DNA from: Fonticula alba ATCC 38817
Lineage: Eukaryota > Protista > Nucleariida
NCBI GenBank assembly: GCA_000388065.2
Contig: KB932201.1
DNA length: 35,590 bases
Direction: 5' to 3' (one strand)
The translations under genes and the position numbers were made by a program. The notes under the pieces were generated by a model. It worked only from the letters and a program-made list of their open reading frames with translations, was not told where the DNA came from and made no database searches. Positions within the stretch are counted from its first letter, which is position 1. Every line of letters starts with the position of its first letter. Shown piece by piece: positions 1-10,678 of this stretch.

Positions 1-206
1 GCGAGCATATCCATGGATATGCATGGCAGCAAAGTGGCGCCCCTCCCCCCCCTTTTCCCCCCCCCCCCCCCCTTTTCGCCTTTTGCCGGCTCCCTTATTC
101 CGCCGCATGCGCACATGCCGGCCGCCACTTCTGGCCTCTCCTGCCCGGCTCGGCTGTCCTGCTAACCCCACCGACATGGTCTTTCGTTCCGGCGAACGAC
201 CCCCAG

Positions 207-1831
207 AACGTGCTATCGTCTGTATACGGAGAATGCCTATCGCCATGAGATGCTCGAGAGCACGGTGCCGGAAATCCAACGGACCAACCTCAGCAATGCG
301 GTCCTCCTGTTGAAGTCTCTCGGCGTGCGCGACCTGTTGGAGTTCGACTTCCTGGACCCCCCGCCCCAGGCCAACATCCTCAGCTCCATGTACCAACTGT
401 GGACCCTGGGTGCGCTGGACAACCTCGGCGAGCTGACCCCCGTTGGCCGGGCGATGTCGGGCTTCCCATTGGACCCGACTCTCAGCAAGATGCTGATCAC
501 TTCCAATGAGCTGGCTTGCACCACGGAGATCGCCACCGTGGTGTCCATGCTGTCGGTTCCTCCTGTGCTGATGCGCCCGCGCGGGCGCGAGGAAGAGGCT
601 GACACCGCGCACGAGCGCTTCAGCGTCCCGGAGTCCGACCATCTGACCCTGCTCTATGTCTTCCGGCTGTACGAGTCGAACCGCTTCTCGGACGCCTGGT
701 GCGACAAGAACTTCATCAATCCCCGGTCCATGCGTAATGCGCGCGAAGTGCGCGACCAGCTGTTGGACCTCATGCGCAAGGCCCGGATGGACATGCGCTC
801 GTGTGGCAACGACTTTGACCTGGTCCGGTGCGTGACCGTCCCTGCTGAGGAGCTCCCCGCATCGGCGCGGGTGCCCCCTCCCCCTCTTCCTGATCCTGTT
901 CATTCTCCTTCCTTCCTGTTGCCCCATGTTCCGTCTCTTCCCGTGGCCATGCTTTATTGACGTGCCGTTGGTGTCGCCCGATTGCTGCTGCTGCTGTTGT
1001 TGTTGCTGCTCCTCCTCCTCCCCCCTGCCCCGTGTCCTCCACAGCAAGGCCATCTGTTCGGCGTACTTCTACCACGCGGCCAAGATGAAGAGCGTCGAGG
1101 AGTATGTAAACATGCGTACTGGCAAGCCGTGTCGTCTCGAGCGCTCGAGCGGCATCTTCCGCCTCGGCTCGCCGCCCGACTACATCGTGTACCACGAGCT
1201 GGTCATGACCTCGCGCGAGTACATGCGCGGTGTGACCGTGGTCGAGCCTTCTTGGTTGGCCACCCTTGGACCGATGTTCTTCAAGGTGGTCACCATGGAA
1301 AACCGTCTCGTACGTGCCGATGGTGGGGGACTCGTGCTTGGCATTCGGTTGGCCCTCCTTCCCCTTTGTCTGTTCCTGCCATTCCCGCTTGCTGCGATTG
1401 CTGACCCAGCTCGGCGTCTTTGCTGCCCTCGCCGATCGCCATCGGCAACACAGCGATCAAACTATCGTGACCATCTGGAGGCCGAGTCCATGGAGCGCGA
1501 GTTGGAGCGCGCGCGCGAGGCTGCCCGCATCCGCCAGGAGGCCGAGCAGGAACGCCGTCGTCGGCAGATGGCCAACACCGATGTGGTGACTGTCGGCCGC
1601 CGGGCGCCAGATGCCGCCGGGCCGCGCCAGACCACCTCCCTGGCCGGGAACTTGGCATCTCGCTTGGCCGTTCGGGCGGCTCTCAGTGGCAAGACCTCCA
1701 ATGCTCCGGCCGGCTCCGCATCGGCGGGCCCCGCATCGGGCGTGTCCACCGGATCGGCCGCGGTATCAACCGCCGGGGCCCGCCGGACGCTGCCCCCGCC
1801 GCCAAAGCCCCGTCGTCGCATGGGCATCTAG
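207..1831 (+). CDS. PRP16: Pre-mRNA splicing DEAH-box helicase Prp16/DHX38, 3' part (gene starts upstream of window). Exons 207-827, 1045-1309, 1454-1831
   Basis: Spliced translation [66 protein letters not shown]..(HA2)..DLVR|[35 protein letters not shown] (OB-fold) matches DHX38/Prp16 (SMYQLW motif); C-terminus PRRRMGI resembles DHX38 PRRFGL. Donors GTGCGT (828) and GTACGT (1310); acceptor AGs end at 206, 1044, 1453; frames join. Confidence 0.93.
982..1020 (+). repeat. Compound (CTG/TTG/CTC)n trinucleotide tract in PRP16 intron
   Basis: ttgctgctgctgctgttgttgttgctgctcctcctcctc inside intron 828-1044. Confidence 0.8.
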
Positions 1832-2216
1832 GCCATTCATCCCCGGCTGCTTGATCCCCGTGTCCGCCATTCTGCCATAGAGACACACTCCTTGATTGCG
1901 GCTTCACTCTCCCCCTTTTTGCTTGCTTTTCTCTTTTTTTTTTGCCGCCTGCCCCTCTCTCCCTCTCTTGCTCATGGGGGTTGCACGGCCGATGTGCCGC
2001 CCCTGTGCGCAGCCAGACGGGGCTGTCCACCAGGACAGGAGACAAAATGAAGAGTGGTATATTCAATCAAGGACAGGGAGGGTAGCACGCGTCTAACTGC
2101 ATCGAGACAGGGAGGGTCTCGTCGTGGCCAGTGCTCGTGGTGGAGGGGGGGGCGGGGGTGTTGGCGCGCCGGCGGCGACCGTGTGGCACCCGTTTCGCCT
2201 TCTTCGTGTGGCGATA

Positions 2217-5200
2217 CTAAGGATGAGCCTGGGCCTGGGCTTGAGCCTGGGCCTGGGCCTGAGCTTGCTGATGCTGCTGCTGGAAGGAGGCATAGCGAGC
2301 CGAGAGCTCGCCAGCCACCGTGCGCGGCATTCCCGGGAACATCGCATCAATCACCTCGTCCAGCAGGGAGTACACCATGTGGCGGTTGATCAGCTCAATC
2401 TGGAAGGCGTCGAAGAGCAGCTGTGCGCCCTGAAGCGAGGCATTCTCGCCAACCAGCGTGGCAAACATGTCTGCAGGCGCGTTGGACAGCCGGAGAGATG
2501 GGGAGATGGTGAGATGATGCCGGCGGGCCATGTGGGGAGCCGAATGGCGGGGGAATCTGATGGGGCCGGGAGCGGGCAGCGAGTCGAGAGGGGAAAGCAC
2601 GCACGAGGGAACAGTTGATGCAGGTGGTGCTGAGTGGTCAGCTTGGTCTCGGAGCGCTGCTCCGGCGTTCGGATGTTGGGCTTGTCGTTGTACACATCAT
2701 TCGGCCAGAAGGCATTCATGAAGGTGTCCATGTACCAGAGGATCTGATCGGGCAGGACCATCCAGCGGATATTCTCCGTGAGTTTGCTACCAGCAGGGGG
2801 GGGGGGGGTGTTAGTGGGACAGGCACGCAGGCAGTGGCGAAGGCAGCGAGTGGCACGGGGAAGGGGGGGGGGCAGCAGTCAACAGGCAAAAACACACCGC
2901 TCGATGGCACCACCGAAGATTTGCTGCAGGAAGATGAGCAAGGCGCCGCGCTTGAGCGACTGCGCGCGGCTGACCATCGGGAACAACACCGTCAGCAGGC
3001 TGAACAGCGGCTGCATCAGAGGCGACCCGCCGAAAGACCCGGCAGCCTGGGCAGCAGCTGGCCCGGCGGCCGCGGCCGCGGCCGCCACCGCCGAAGCCGG
3101 GGGTACCACAGCCGGCAGCGGTGGCAGCTCGAAGGGCAGCCCCTGGGGATCGAGTGTCGGGGACTCGGTGATGGAAAAGGCGGCCCCGGGCCCGGTGCCA
3201 GGGACGCCGGTGCCGGGGGCGGCAGCGGCGGCCCCGGTGGGAGCCGACGAGGCCGTGGCCGCTTGAGCCGGCGGCGAGCCTGCACCCAGGCCCAGGGTGG
3301 CCGCCTCGGATCCCAAAGCGCTCGCCGGCTGGGGACCCGGGCGCGACATGGTCGGGGCGGCTGGGCTCGTGGATGGCGAAGTGGAGTTAAACAGCAGAGA
3401 CCCGATATTTTGCAGGAAGGTCTTGTTGTTGGTTCGCGAGGCGTCAATGTCGGCCACCGGTCCGACCGCCGGCGAGGGAGCCGGTGCCGGGACCGATGGG
3501 GCCGGGCCCACGGCCGGACCGGCCGCCGGGGCCTTGGCCGAAGTGCCGGCCCCGGCGGCCACACTCGGGCGCGAGTGCGACCGACTGCGAGCGGGAGAAG
3601 AGCCACCTGCAGATCCATTGGCGGCGGCTTGGGGCTGCTCGATCAGGCTGATGAAGCGCAGCAGCGAGGGGTTCTTGTGGAGCTCCGGATGCCGGAGAGC
3701 CGCATTCAGGTATTCCTCCAAGGTGACACGCCGATTGGCCACGATGGCTGCCTCATTGCGGAAGGCCAGCAGGCTGAGGCGCTTGCTGGGGAAGGGGAGG
3801 CTGGCGGCCGCATGCGAGGATGCCGCCTGCAGGCGCGCATGGAGCAGCTCGAATTCGGTGAACCGCCGATGAATGAGCCACCCGCATTCCGGGTTCGACC
3901 GGCCCACCATGATGGCATAGCAGGTGTACCCCCGACGGGCCGGGGCGAAGAGGCCGCCGGAGTCCGGCGTGCCATGGGGCTGGCCGGCCGAGGTGCTGGA
4001 CCCGGCCCCCGAGGCCCCTGGGCCGCCGTCATTCCCGGAGAAGACCACCGGCGGCGAGGCCATGGTCAAGACGTCGACAATTCGCACGGTCCACACACCC
4101 GGCAGCATGTTATGATAGTAGCTCAACTTGGACAGGTACACCGCGCACTTCTCGTGGATCATGTTCTTGGCATGCATCAGCACGGCCCGGCTTTCGGCCA
4201 CCGTGGCCCCGGCGCCGGCCACGGCCGCGGCGGCCGCCGCCGCCGCCGACGACACCGGCGCCCCGGACTCCTGGGACCGATCAAGCATGGCAAGGGCCGA
4301 GTCCAGGACGGTCAACTTGAGCCGGGCGTCACCGAGCTCGGCATCCAGTTGGCCCACCTGCGACAGGAGGTTTCGCAGGAAGGTCGGCGAGTTGATGTCA
4401 TTCTCGTCATCCTCCTCGTCGGCATCCTCCTCCTCCTCCTCCTCGTCGTATTCCTCCGCTTCGGAGTTGCTGGCATGGACATGGCAGAATCCATCATCGT
4501 CGCCGCTGTCCCGGGCAACGGCCTTGGTGGCGCCGGCATGCGGGGGCACCTCGGGACCCTGGGAGGAGAACGACGCGTCGTCATCCTCCAACAGCAGAGC
4601 CCCATCGGCCGAGGCCAGCTGCAAGTCGGCCAGCGCCGGATCCACGGCATTTGGATCCGGCCCATTGAAGGAGGCACTACGAGTGGCCGGCCGGCCGGGG
4701 GTGCGGGACCGCCGCATGCGCGCCGGGCTGAACATATCCGTGGCCACACGGGCCCCATACCGCGCGGTGCCAGGGCCGGCGGCCGCAGTGGCTCCGGCAG
4801 TTGACCGGTGCGAATCGGTCACCACAGCCCCGGAGGCCGAGGCAGTGGCCGCCTCGCGTAGACACGACTCCAGCAGGGAGATGACCTGCGTCAGGAAGAC
4901 CGAATCCTCCTCGGGCCGGATGGCCGAGGGAAGATCGCCAGCCGGCTCCGCAAGCAGCGTTGCCATGGCGTCGGTCGAGGAGCCGGTCCCGGCGCCGGAG
5001 CCCCCGAGCAGGGCCGGCGGCGTGTCCACCGGGGCACTGGCCACCAAGGCCGTGGGCGAGGAAGCCAGGGGGTCGGCCGGGGCGCTGGCCGACAGGTCGG
5101 CCAGATTGCTGGAACTCATGGACGTGGTCAGCGAACTGAGGATGGCCGTCAGAGGACCGGTGGCCGAAGACCCGGACCCCGGGCCGAGGGAGCCCCCGGC

Positions 5201-8200
5201 TGTCGAGGAGACTGACCGCCGGTGGGCGGTATTCGCGGCCGCAGCCGAGGCCGTCGCCGCGGCCGAGGGCGGGATGGCCACAGGCGTGGAGGAGATGTAC
5301 CCGCTCCGGGGGTGAATGGTGACATTGGGCGGCAGGGGCGGGGCCCCGGCCGAGCCGCTGGCCGAGCCACCCCCGGCCCCGATGCCGGTCGACGGCACGG
5401 CCGGCGTGAACTGGTCCGGCGAGGAGAAAAGCGAAGTCAGCTTCGCCGAGAAGGAGGTCGACCGGCGAAGAGCCGCCGTCGAGACGGCCGGCCCGCCGCC
5501 ATTCGAGGCCGAGGATGACCGCTGGTGCGAGGTCTGGCCAGAGGGGGATCGCGAGAGCGAATCCACCGCCGGGTCGGACCAGTCCGGCGGGACCAAAGCC
5601 CCCGAGGTGGGGGTGGCCCCATTGCTGCCGGAGTAGTGCGACTCGGTGGCGGAGAAGGCCACCGTCAAGTCGGACATCGAGCCGGCCTGGCTCCCCTGGA
5701 ACAGATCGTCCGAGGTGACAGCCGACTTCAGCGGCGAGGTGATGGATCCGAGAGGCCCGGCGCCCGGGCTGCCGGCTTGCGAGGGCAGGCGCGCCTGGGC
5801 AGCCGGCCCCGGGGCACTGTCCACCGCCACGGAGATGGCCGGCAGGGAGGCCGGCGGCGATCCGGCACCCGAGTCCGAGGTCTCGGATGCCTTCGGCTCT
5901 TCCGGGTCACCGGGGCTCGGGCCCGGGTCCTCCGCCTGGGGTGCCTCCTGCGAAAGGTCCGCAAGGGTGGCATGGCCACTTGCCTCGGCCGGGATCGAGG
6001 GCGACAGGGGGAAGCCGGAAGTTTTGCGGAAGCCCGGGGGCGAGTCGGCGGCCACCTCGGGCGATGGGGGCCGAGCGTCGGCCGCCGGCGCAAGGGGCGA
6101 CGAGGTGACGGCCACCGGCGCGGGCGACACCGTCAGCGGGGTGGCCGTCGTCGGAGTCGGTGGAAGCACCGTCGTCATGGGAAGGACGGCAGGGGCCGCC
6201 AGCCCGAGAGCCAATGGGAGGACATCCGGCGACACGGACACCGATCCACGGGGGAGGGTCCCGGAGTCGAAGCCGGCAAAGGCCGGCGGCAGCCCGCCCC
6301 CGGCGGCGATGCCCCCGAGCGGGAACTCCTGATCCAACTGGTCGTCAAGCGCCAATTGGTAAAAGTAGTGCGAGGCCTCGAATTCGCTCTGGAAGCGAGC
6401 CAGCATCTGCAAGACACAGGAGTAGATCTGCAGAAGGAGCTGCTCGGCGCCGGAGGGCGCCTCATCGACCGAGGGCCCGGCGCCCTCGGCTCCAGGGCCG
6501 GCCGACAGGCCGACACCGGGTGACTCGGTGGCCGAGCCCGCGACCGGCAGACCATCGGGGGCCGAGCCGACGCGCGACGCCCCGGCCGACAGGGCCTCCT
6601 GATGCTGGTCGATGAAGGCATCGATGAGGATCTGCAACCAGGAGTTGCCGAGATCCACGCGCTCCGGCGAGGCCGCTTGCAGATGGCGAGAAATGATGGG
6701 GAGCAGCTCGCGCGTGGCCAGATCATCGGTCTGCGGCTGGCCGACGGTGCGAGAGGCCCGGCGCTGGGCATGCGCACGCGCCAGCGCATCCACCAGGCTC
6801 GACAGAGAGTAGTGCCCTTGGGACTCGAGGAAGGCCATGAAGTAGAATCGCCCAACCGGCGAATCAAACAGGCGATAGATGGACCAGTCGGCTGGTGACC
6901 CGGCTGGCGAAGCATCCGGCCGGCTGCCCGATGCCCCGGCCGATGGGAGCTCGGTCACCAGGGACCCGCCCTCCGGCAGGGGGGACTCATTCAGTCGGCG
7001 GACCAGCTGCTCGCGCACCCGGGCAAAAGAGTCGATATACGACACGCCGGTCACCTCGTTCAGGCGCTTCTCCACGCTCTTCAGCAGGAATTGCAATTGC
7101 CGGGCATAGCGCGACCCCGAGCGTTGGTGGTCATTCTGCTGCTCGCGCAGCCGGGCGATGATCATTTGCCGATAGGCGCGAAGGTCCAAGATGGTGGTGG
7201 AGGTTTTGATCTTCTGGAGGAAGGACTCGAAGGATTGCGGGGTGCTGTTCGGGCCGCCGGTGCCCCCGCCGCCGAGGGCTCCGCCGGCGCCCCCCGGGCC
7301 AAGAGCCCCACCGGCCCCGGCTCCGCCCTGCTGGATCAGCGCCTCGGGGCTCATGTTCTTGATGAGCTTGTTGGCCGACTCATACTGGTTCAGGAACCGC
7401 AAAGCCTGGTACCCCAGGTGTTGGTTGATGTAATCCGGATCCGACAGCAGGTTGACCACTGGCAGAAGGGCAATATTGGCCAGCAACTCCCGAGCAAAGA
7501 GCATGAGCCCGTGCGACACCTCCAGGCCCAGGCGCGAGTCCGACAGGATGTGCTGCGTCATGATGCGCAAGTATTCCAGCTCATAGGCCACGCCCGGGTG
7601 TCCGGGATCGGCTTTCGACGGCCACCGCTCGACCGGCGTGGCCACCGACAGGCTATGGTGGAGGTATCCCCGAAGGGCGGGGTGGATCTGTGGCAAGGGG
7701 TCAGCAAGTTGCAATCGTCGAGGTGGGAAGGCCAAGTGGCCGAAGGCCAAAGCACCGAGCAGCAAGCAAGATGCACGTACGCCGCCGGCGGAGGCAAACT
7801 TCTCCAGCACCCGCCGCGCAAGGAGCGGGTTCTCCGAAAGATCGGTCGACTGGTTGGCATGGTGCCGGCGGACCAACTCAGACGCCTCCTGGAACCGAGC
7901 CAGCTGCATCGTCAGGATGGGAACTGGATTCGGAGAGAGAGAGAGAGAGAGCGCGCGCGCGATGACCACAGTGGTGTTTCCGGCGGAGGGGGGGAGGGGG
8001 TGTTATAAATTGGGCATGGCAAGGGAGGCGAAGGAGATAGGAGCAGCAGAGGGACGCACTGGTCCGCTTGATGATCAGGTCCACGATGTCGACGCGGCTC
8101 CCATGCGACCAGAGGGAATCCAGCAGCGTGTGCAAAATACACCGGACCTACGGGCAAGGCGGCGGCGTGGGCCATGGTTAGGACACCGTGCGGAGGATGG

Positions 8201-9204
8201 GCCGAGCCGAAACCCCGAGAGCCAAGTCGGAAGGAGCAAAAGGAGCGGCGCACCTTGAGTGGGATCACCTGGTCCGTGCTGATGTACTGGTACCAGGACT
8301 GGACGAAGTCCCGAATGAGGTTGTTGAGAGTCCGTTGAACCTTTGGAGCCAGGAGGCCCTGGATGTCATCGGGAGAGGGGGTCCGATCGGAGGCCACGGA
8401 GAAAGGCATGCTATAACCAGAGAGAGAGAGAGAGAGAGTGGGAGAGGGAGGGGAGCACAGCAAGAGCCAGGGATCCGACGCCAGGGTTAATACAGCTGCA
8501 TGTGCTGGAAGGTCAGGGAGGAGGGGAGGGGGCCAGCAAGCACGAGCATACCTATTTAGCATGGTATCGAGGTTGCTGGTCTCACGCTCGCGGAAGGGCA
8601 AGATCTACATTTGGATGTCAGATGGGGGGGGGGGGGGCAAAGGGAAGCGAGAAAGAAGGCAAGAAGAAAGCCACCGAGGGCCAAAGAAAAAGAAACCAGC
8701 CAACTTTGGCACACGCACCAAGCCCCACAGGGCGACGATGCTGAAGGGCCACGACCGGTAGGTATGGGTCCCAAAGCCATCCACACCACCAAGCACCAGG
8801 TAATTGTCGCGGCGCCGCTGCCATGCGGCGGTAGCCACGACGCCGACGAGGAAGCCGACCAGCAGCAGCGGCAAATACACAAGTAGCAGGAGCCACACCC
8901 CGGGGAGCAGGAAATTCAGCAGGGTCACCAGTATCAGGGGGCCGGTCAGCAGAGGCATGTATGGCTGAATGCGAGCCAGCGGTGGGGTGATATGCTGGCG
9001 CGCGATGGCAAGGGCCTCCTGAGCCGGGGCCGGCAGGCGCCCATGCACGCTGGCCAGCTGCCGCGCCAGGTGGTCCGCCAGGACTGCGAGCCGGGAGGAG
9101 GTAGTGGCCGGAGCGCCAGCCCGCGCGGCCGGAGCCACAGCCGGGCCACAGCCCAGGCCATCGGTCGACGGATTGGAGTGCGGGGACTCGACGTCAACGG
9201 ACAT
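2217..9204 (-). CDS. PXA-RGS-PX-PXC sorting nexin (SNX13/14/19/25, yeast Mdm1 family), about 2081 aa. Exons (minus) 9204-8719, 8604-8552, 8410-8254, 8147-8060, 7923-2898, 2786-2605, 2470-2217
   Basis: N-terminal hydrophobic segments (LILVTLLNFLLPGVWLLLLVYLPLLLVGFLVGVV); PXA motifs LIRDFVQSWYQYISTD and FARELLANIALLPVVNLLSDPDYINQ; degenerate RGS start LFDSPVGRFYFMAFLESQG; PX YAIMVGRSNPECGWLIHRRFTEFELLHARL..PFPSKR..RRVTLEEYL; PXC QIFGGAIERKLTENIRWMVLPDQILWYMDTFMNAFWP and NRHMVYSLLDEVIDAMFP. All six introns GT-AG; summed exon length 6246 nt is a multiple of 3 ending in TAG. Confidence 0.9.
2227..2274 (-). repeat. Coding hexamer repeat giving a (QA)n / poly-Q tail in the sorting nexin
   Basis: gcctgg units on the + strand; translation QQQHQQAQAQAQAQAQAQAHP*. 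Confidence 0.8.
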
Positions 9205-9652
9205 GGTGGATGGGAAGGGGAGGGAGGGCAAAGACGGCCGGGCGGGGAGGGGGGGNNNNNNNNNNNNNNNNNNNNNNNNNNNNNNNNNNNNNNNNNNNNN
9301 NNNNNNNNNNNNNNNNNNNNNNNNNNNNNNNNNNNNNNNNNNNNNNNNNNNNNNNNNNNNNNNNNNNNNNNNNNNNNNNNNNNNNNNNNNNNNNNNNNNN
9401 NNNNNNNNNNNNNNNNNNNNNNNNNNNNNNNNNNNNAGGAAGGAACTGGTGGTCGGGGATGGGGGGGGGGGGGGGACCGGGGGGCACCAAAAGGGGGGAA
9501 GGGGGGGGAAAAAAGGAGGAGGCGGGCGAAGGGGAGGAGAAGGGGAGAAAGGAGTGGAGGGACATTGACAAGCGCCCCGGGGGCGGGGAGCTGGCTCATT
9601 GGGCTAGCCCAAGAGGAGAAGCAAATGGGAGGCCATCCCGTAGTTAAAACCA

Positions 9653-9683
<31 letters not shown>

Positions 9684-10273
9684 TCCCAGGAAGTCTCCCA
9701 CACCATCTCCAGATACGCGTTGAGTCGCGGTGCCGGAAGACCCCCCCCGCCCCGCACTCTGGCCCCAGGGTACGGGCCCCGTCCCGCTTGGCATATTTTG
9801 TCGGAACGGGGCTACGAGTGGGCGTGGCGCCGGCGCGGATGCTTGGTGCGCAGTGCGGATCCGAGGACCGCCGGGGGGGGGGGGGGGGGTCAATGGGAGG
9901 ACCGGGCGGTGGAGGAAACAAAAACAAGGACATACCAACATTCTCCCCAGCCACCCACGCGTTGTGGGCCCGCGCACAGGGCTGTTGTTAAGCATGCATC
10001 CCCGGGCAGGAGCCGATCCGCCGAGAGCCAAGCCCTTCATGCTTCTTCCTTGTTGGGGGGCCTGCGGGGGGGGGGGGGGGGGGTGGAAAGCCCCACCCCC
10101 CCCCCGGGTGGGCACGAGCGGCATACGTTGGCATCCGCCGGTGGCTCGTGACAGGTTCACATGATGCGAAGAATGGCTTGGGCCTGGTTGAGATGGTTGT
10201 GCGGAAAAGACCGGCCCTGCCGAGGCATGAGGCCGGGGGCGGGGCGCGAAAGTGAGGCACACGCCAGGGCGCG

Positions 10274-10300
10274 GAGAGAGAGAGAGAGAGAGAGAGAGAG
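10274..10300. repeat. (GA)n microsatellite
   Basis: About 13 GA units. Similar GA/CT tracts near 7933-7951, 8419-8437, 15870-15889, 29944-29961 and 30341-30364. Confidence 0.9.
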
Positions 10301-10678
10301 CCAAAGCACAAGGCAGGATGTGAATGGGTGCCGGATGTATTTTTCGACAAGTGGAGGAAACACGCGAAGGAGGGGGGGGCATCAGGCCACCACCCCAAGA
10401 AAGCCAGCCTCGCCGGGGATGGAGGCGCCAGGAACAGGGCACCCTGTAGGAGCTCCGGGGATAGGCATCGGAGGGGAGGGGGTGATGCAGGCGGGGGAGG
10501 GCAGGAGGGCGGGGGGAAGGGAGGGCAGGATGGCCACTCAGGCCAGAAAAAAAAACGGGTGCAGCCGGCTACATGGGAAGGGGTGGGGGAGGAGGAGGAG
10601 GGGGGGGAGGCACCGAGGAGCGAGGGAAGGAAGGATACACATGAGGTGTGCTGGAGCGTGCTGGACAAGTGCCTGCAC

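Noticed and set aside
982-1404. ORF starting [13 protein letters not shown] that looks like a signal peptide
   Set aside because: It is the CTG/CTC repeat inside PRP16 intron 828-1044 read off-frame.
2615-4804. 729-aa plus-strand ORF, plus the 395-aa and 332-aa ORFs at 4128-5315 and 5525-6523
   Set aside because: Antisense shadows of the GC-rich 5-kb nexin exon, with Gly/Arg-rich composition and no domains.
8003-8010. TTATAAAT TATA-like word
   Set aside because: Lies inside nexin intron 8059-7924 and not near a gene start.
8946-10442. Long ORFs spanning N-gaps and G/C runs (also 13210-14439, 27985-29394, 31826-33499)
   Set aside because: Open only because of X codons and low-complexity tracts; no conserved motifs.
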